DNA from: Carcharhinus longimanus
Taxonomy: Eukaryota
Assembly: GCA_030264375.1 (NCBI GenBank)
Contig: JASCQW010000043.1
Location: forward strand, 79,534,090 to 79,598,089
Length of the DNA: 64,000 bases
Direction of reading: 5' to 3'
The notes under the pieces are model-generated. The model was given only the letters and a program-made list of their open reading frames with translations, made no database searches and had not been told where the DNA came from. Shown one piece after another: positions 59,771 to 64,000 of this stretch. Position 1 is the stretch's first letter; every line of letters begins with the position of its first letter. A program made the translations under genes and the position numbers.

Positions 59771-62679
59771 GCCTNNNNNNNNNNNNNNNNNNNNNNNNNN
59801 NNNNNNNNNNNNNNNNNNNNNNNNNNNNNNNNNNNNNNNNNNNNNNNNNNNNNNNNNNNNNNNNNNNNNNNNNNGCCCCCCCAACCCCCTGCCTCCGCCC
59901 CCCCCCCTTCCCCCCCCCCCCCACACACACACACACACACACACCTCACAGATATCACTGCTCCATGGGCCAACAGGCCCTACCTGCAACATTCCCCACG
60001 CTCCGCTAGCAGCATTTACTTCCTCAAGCCACTTCAAGGCTGCCATGCCAGGTTGTGACTTTTAAATACCTAGTCTGATGCACGCCAAAGTTACATCATG
60101 CCAAAGAGCTAGGAGACGCAGAGATTGCTGTGTAGGTTCTGATAATGAACTGTACAGATATATAAACTCATGCTAATCAGTGGCCCGCCGGTTTTCTGCA
60201 GATTCCTGGCGGTGCCATTTTTATCCGGCTGGCAGATGCGTGCAGGTTGTAAAAGCTGGCAGGGAACCCACGGAATGGCTAACATGCACATCTCCTGGCT
60301 CGACTGGCCAGAAAAGTTGTGGGTCCCAATGGGAGAATCACGGCCAACATTTATTTTCTGTGTTGTATCTGCGCTATAAATCTTTTGTCTATCCCTCACT
60401 ACACTATCTGAATATGATGGGAACATTGTGAACCCTTTTTGATCATTGTTAGCTTCTGAAAATAAACTAACCCTTTGAGTTCATCCTATTTCAAGTTTGC
60501 TGTGGGATGACAAGTAGAAAATTGGAATGCATCAAAACCGAGGGTTTGGGAAATATGCCATCATTTATAAAGAGGGAAATAAATCAAAATGCCTTTCTGT
60601 TTATGGATGGGTGCTGAGAGAAGAAATTAATGCTGTTTAAGTTAACCCCTGTCCTGTCCATAATAATTCCCTTTGACACCATTGTACACCCCTTTGGAAG
60701 CTACAAATTTCCATCTTTACCTTTTGACCTTAACATGAGCAAATATGTATTTCAGAAGAAAGTAGGCGACACATAGAGGGATACAAATAAGCAGTTGGCA
60801 TAGCTGATGATATCTAGGGATAGGATTGCCCTCCCCTTCCATGGCATAATTTTATGGTCTCACCATTGTCAACACACTTTCCCATTGAATATCCCCTAAT
60901 CCCCAGCAGGGGTGCCCCATTGGCCAGACTTTAAGATTCCACTGGCGTAAGCAACTGCCAGACTTTAGTGCAGATCTCTTGTGCAGATAATAAAAGATCA
61001 TGACTACCATCTATGCGAAGCCATCGAGAAAATCAGGAAATCTGAGATCAAGTTAAACACAGACAAGTGCATTGCGAAGGTAACAGGCTGCAGTTCTTCA
61101 GAATGATGTAATAATTGACAAAGTTAAACCACGTCCTGAAAAATTCAGAGCCCCCTCTGAGATGGAAGCTCCAAGAGTCAAGAGTTGAACAACTTTCTTG
61201 GCTTGAACCAATGCATGATTCTTTTCATACCATACATGTCAGAACACAGGGAAGATGCTGAATACCAGTCAGAGACACATGCGAGGACTTTCAATAGCTC
61301 AGAGAAGTAGTACGCAAGTAGACAATTTTGTCAAATTAGAACAGGGAGAAACTTATCACTCTGCAGGTTGATGCTTCGACAAAAGGACTGGAAACAGCTC
61401 TCGCGCAAGGGAAAAAAACCGACCGAGTCGCATCCAAAGCTCTAACATCAGCCAAGACTAAGTATGAATATGTCAGCATAGAAAGAGAGCTTTTGGCAGT
61501 TATGTATGGATGTGAAAAATTCCAGACATATCTCAATGGGAGAAAGTTCATAGTGGGGAGTGATCATCACCAACTGGAGCAGATCAACAGGAGAACAGTT
61601 TCGGACTCCAGCAAGACTGCAGAGATTACTCTTCAGGCTTTAGAGTTACCATTTTGCTCTATAATATAAGCTAGGAAAGGAAATGGTAGAATTTTTAAAA
61701 AGAGTAACACGTGACAATGGAATCCAATTAATCTCCAGAGAGGTTAAGGAGTTTTGAAACTCCAAAACTGAACTGTTTTGGTTCAACAACATGACCTCAC
61801 TACCACATTATCCCAGGGAACACAGTCTTATCTTGCCGCCGCAAATCCCATTATGGCCCCCTCGCAAAATTTAGCTGCCATAATGGGATTTGAACTCACA
61901 ACAAGTGGGCCCACTAACTCATAGCCAGTGTATAAAAAAGTTAACCATTAGAACATTTATATTCATGAATAGAGGTTTTCTTTTAAAGAGAAAGGGATGT
62001 CATATTATTTGAAAAATGTTAAGAACTATATTGCTATGCACTATAAACATGTGTTTCCAGAATTTTATGACATTCACTGTTGCACTGCAGCACCAAAGCA
62101 ACAGTGGCTCATAGGAACATAGAAAATAGGATAAGGAGGAGCCTTCCCTTTCCACAGCATATGGAAAAATCACCTTTTCTCAATTTGCTCTTTCGTGGCC
62201 ATAGTGGCCTTCCCTCATACTACACAAAAGAATTGCACATGGGCCCCAACTTGGCAATGTAGCCTGTTAACATGCAGTTACTGTAGAATTTGTGGAATTA
62301 TTTATTCCATGTAACACTCATTCATGCCCCACTGTAACATATGTTTTTCATTATATCAGTTCTCAAGTAATGGAAACATTGGGTTGAATTGTCATAGCCC
62401 TGGGGTGATGGGATTGGAGGTCGAAGGTGTGGGGGGAGTGATTGGGAATCTAACGAGCATTTATGTTGGAATAGCTTCCCATGCAAACCTGGCGCTGGAA
62501 ACTTATCTCCCAGAGACAGACAGGGACCTGGATTGGCTTCCTTCTCCACGGATTTGAATGTTTAAGGTTCCAACTTTGGGTGATTTAGTGGACCCATTGG
62601 CAGAGGAGTGCCATTCCCTGCCCCACTGCGATGGCTTCCCTGCAGCAGGAGTGCCAAAGCCAGAGGCTGCATCTCCCAA

Positions 62680-63240
62680 AGACCCCCACCCCCTACTGGG
62701 TGAAAAAAAATTCTCTCAATGCCCTTCTCTCTTCTGCTGATTATTTCAAATCAATACCCAAAAGTATTGATCTCTCTGTTAATAGAAATATCGATCCTTC
62801 CTTTCACTCTATCTCGGTCCCTTACAATTTTATGCACTCCAATTAAATCTCCCCTCAGCTTCCTCAAATCCAAAGAAAACAACCCCAGCTTGTCCAATTT
62901 TTGCTTATTGCTAATTTCTGGCAACATTCTTTTAAATCCCCTCTGTAATCTCTTTAGCACTATCTCGTATTTTTGGCAACACAGTAACCAGATTGTATGT
63001 CGTGCTCTAACTGTGACTTAACTAATATTGTACACAGTATAACTTCCTGTTCTTTTACTCCGTGCCCCAACTAATAAAGGAAAGTCTTCCATGTGGCTGC
63101 TTATCCATCTTGTCTACCTGTCCTTCTACCTTCAGCAATCACTGGACGTGCACTCCAAGATCCCTTGGTTTCTCTACAGTCCTCAGTATCCTACCATTTA
63201 TTGTATGTTCACTTGCCTTGTTAGTCTTCCCCAAATGCAT
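62680..63240 (-). mobile_element. CR1 LINE 3' region
   Basis: LQRGFKRMLPEISNKQKLDKLGLFSLDLRKLRGDLIGVHKIVR. Confidence 0.85.
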
Positions 63241-63254
63241 AATCCCACTCTTCA

Positions 63255-63425
63255 TGGAATCATAGAACCCCTTCTGTATAGCAGGAGGCCATTCGGCTCA
63301 TCAAGTCTGCACCAACCACAATCCCACCCAGGCCCTATCCCTGTAACCCCACATATTTACCCTACTAATCCCCTGACACTAGAGTCAATTTAGCATGGCT
63401 AATTAACCTTTGGACTGAATTTTGG
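63255..63425 (-). mobile_element. HE1-like SINE 3' half
   Basis: catagaacccc..ggaggccattcggctcatcaagtctgcacc...tttagcatggctaat. Confidence 0.8.
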
Positions 63426-63596
63426 ACTGAAATCTTCTCCAGCTTGAATTCTATTTGCCATTTTTGAAGCAGTTCATTGATATATTCCTGTAGTTTATGG
63501 TTTCATTCATCACAATAAACAATATGGACATTTTTTTGTAACATTTGCAAACTACATGCCCACCACATTTAAAGCTAAATCATTGCCAAATGCCAT

Positions 63597-63826
63597 GTTC
63601 CAAAGTCCAAAGATGTGCAGCTTAAGTGGATTGGCTATGCTGAATTGCCCCTTAGTGTCTAAAGATGTGTAGGTTTGGGGAATTAGTGAAGTAAAGTATG
63701 GAGTTACAGGCATAAGCTGTAGGTGAGCCTGGGTAAGATGGGTAAGCCTGGGTAATATTGGTGAATTGGTGCAGACTCAATGGGCTGAATTGCTTCCTTC
63801 TGCATGGTAGCGATTCTATGATTCTG
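63597..63826 (+). mobile_element. HE1-like SINE 3' half
   Basis: gtccaaagatgtgcagcttaagtggattggctatgctgaattgccccttagtgtc...gattctatgattct. Confidence 0.85.
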
Positions 63827-64000
63827 TGTTCAAGCACAGATCTGCAGCTCTCCCATTGGAACCTTTCAGTCACAAAAATAACCATCAAACCGTTTGTTTC
63901 CCACCACTGCACCTATTCTGGATTCAACTTTCCACTTTCCTTTGAATCCCATGAGCCATCCCTTTCTGACTAATCCGCCATGTGGCATCTCGCTAAAATC

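Larger units (their letters stand above)
56290..60345 (-). mobile_element. Decayed, left-truncated autonomous-type PIF/Harbinger transposon
   Basis: Transposase remnant on minus strand, probable ORF2 C-terminus converging on plus strand (MRRSSRQHKVRKL* at about 56575-56615), TIR-like end tgggagaatcacggcc at 60330-60345. Confidence 0.8.
49490..62100 (+). mobile_element. Decayed Gypsy element fragmented by large nested insertions
   Basis: Gag Zn-knuckle CKNC..CPAF..ACGKPNHYEKMC (49620-49740); RT 5' part ICLDPK..GYWTVKFDDE (51531-51853); RT 3' part TPFGSYKF.LPF..FQKK..GIADDI (60665-60815); RNase H LQVDASTKGL..IERELLAVMYGCEKFQTYLNGRKFIVGSDH (61345-61570); PPT aaagagaaaggga then TG at about 61998. 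Confidence 0.8.

Noticed and set aside
59214-60065. Longest ORF in the track (283 aa) and overlapping ORFs
   Set aside because: Runs through a GC-rich minisatellite, an N gap and a CA repeat; no domain motif

Overview
This window is eukaryotic, not prokaryotic. It is repeat-dense, gap-containing non-coding DNA, most likely from a cartilaginous fish (shark), judged from HE1-type V-SINEs, SacSINE1/DeuSINE-like copies, CR1, L2 and Rex1/Babar LINE fragments, Penelope-like elements and PIF/Harbinger derivatives. I find no intact protein-coding gene, rRNA, true tRNA gene or CRISPR array. The protein-like ORFs in the track are decayed transposon fragments. The main structures are: (i) a full-length decayed Gypsy element with both LTRs and stacked nested insertions (17302-23970, minus); (ii) a Penelope element with inverted terminal repeats and a 9-bp target duplication (28756-29711); (iii) a second Gypsy whose RT is split by about 8.8 kb of inserted DNA, which contains a gag-only LTR element and a Harbinger transposon (about 48.4-62.1 kb). 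The most interesting signals are minimal hammerhead-ribozyme motifs with a compensatory base change in the Penelope termini, a SINE subfamily whose tail shares a covarying stem-loop with the local Rex1/Babar LINE 3' end, and a strong CAG|GTAAGT site that is either a recursive splice site or the end of a 39-nt micro-exon. I see no convincing evidence of a wholly new biological system. Family names come from recalled motifs, not database searches, and most boundaries are approximate (tens of bp).
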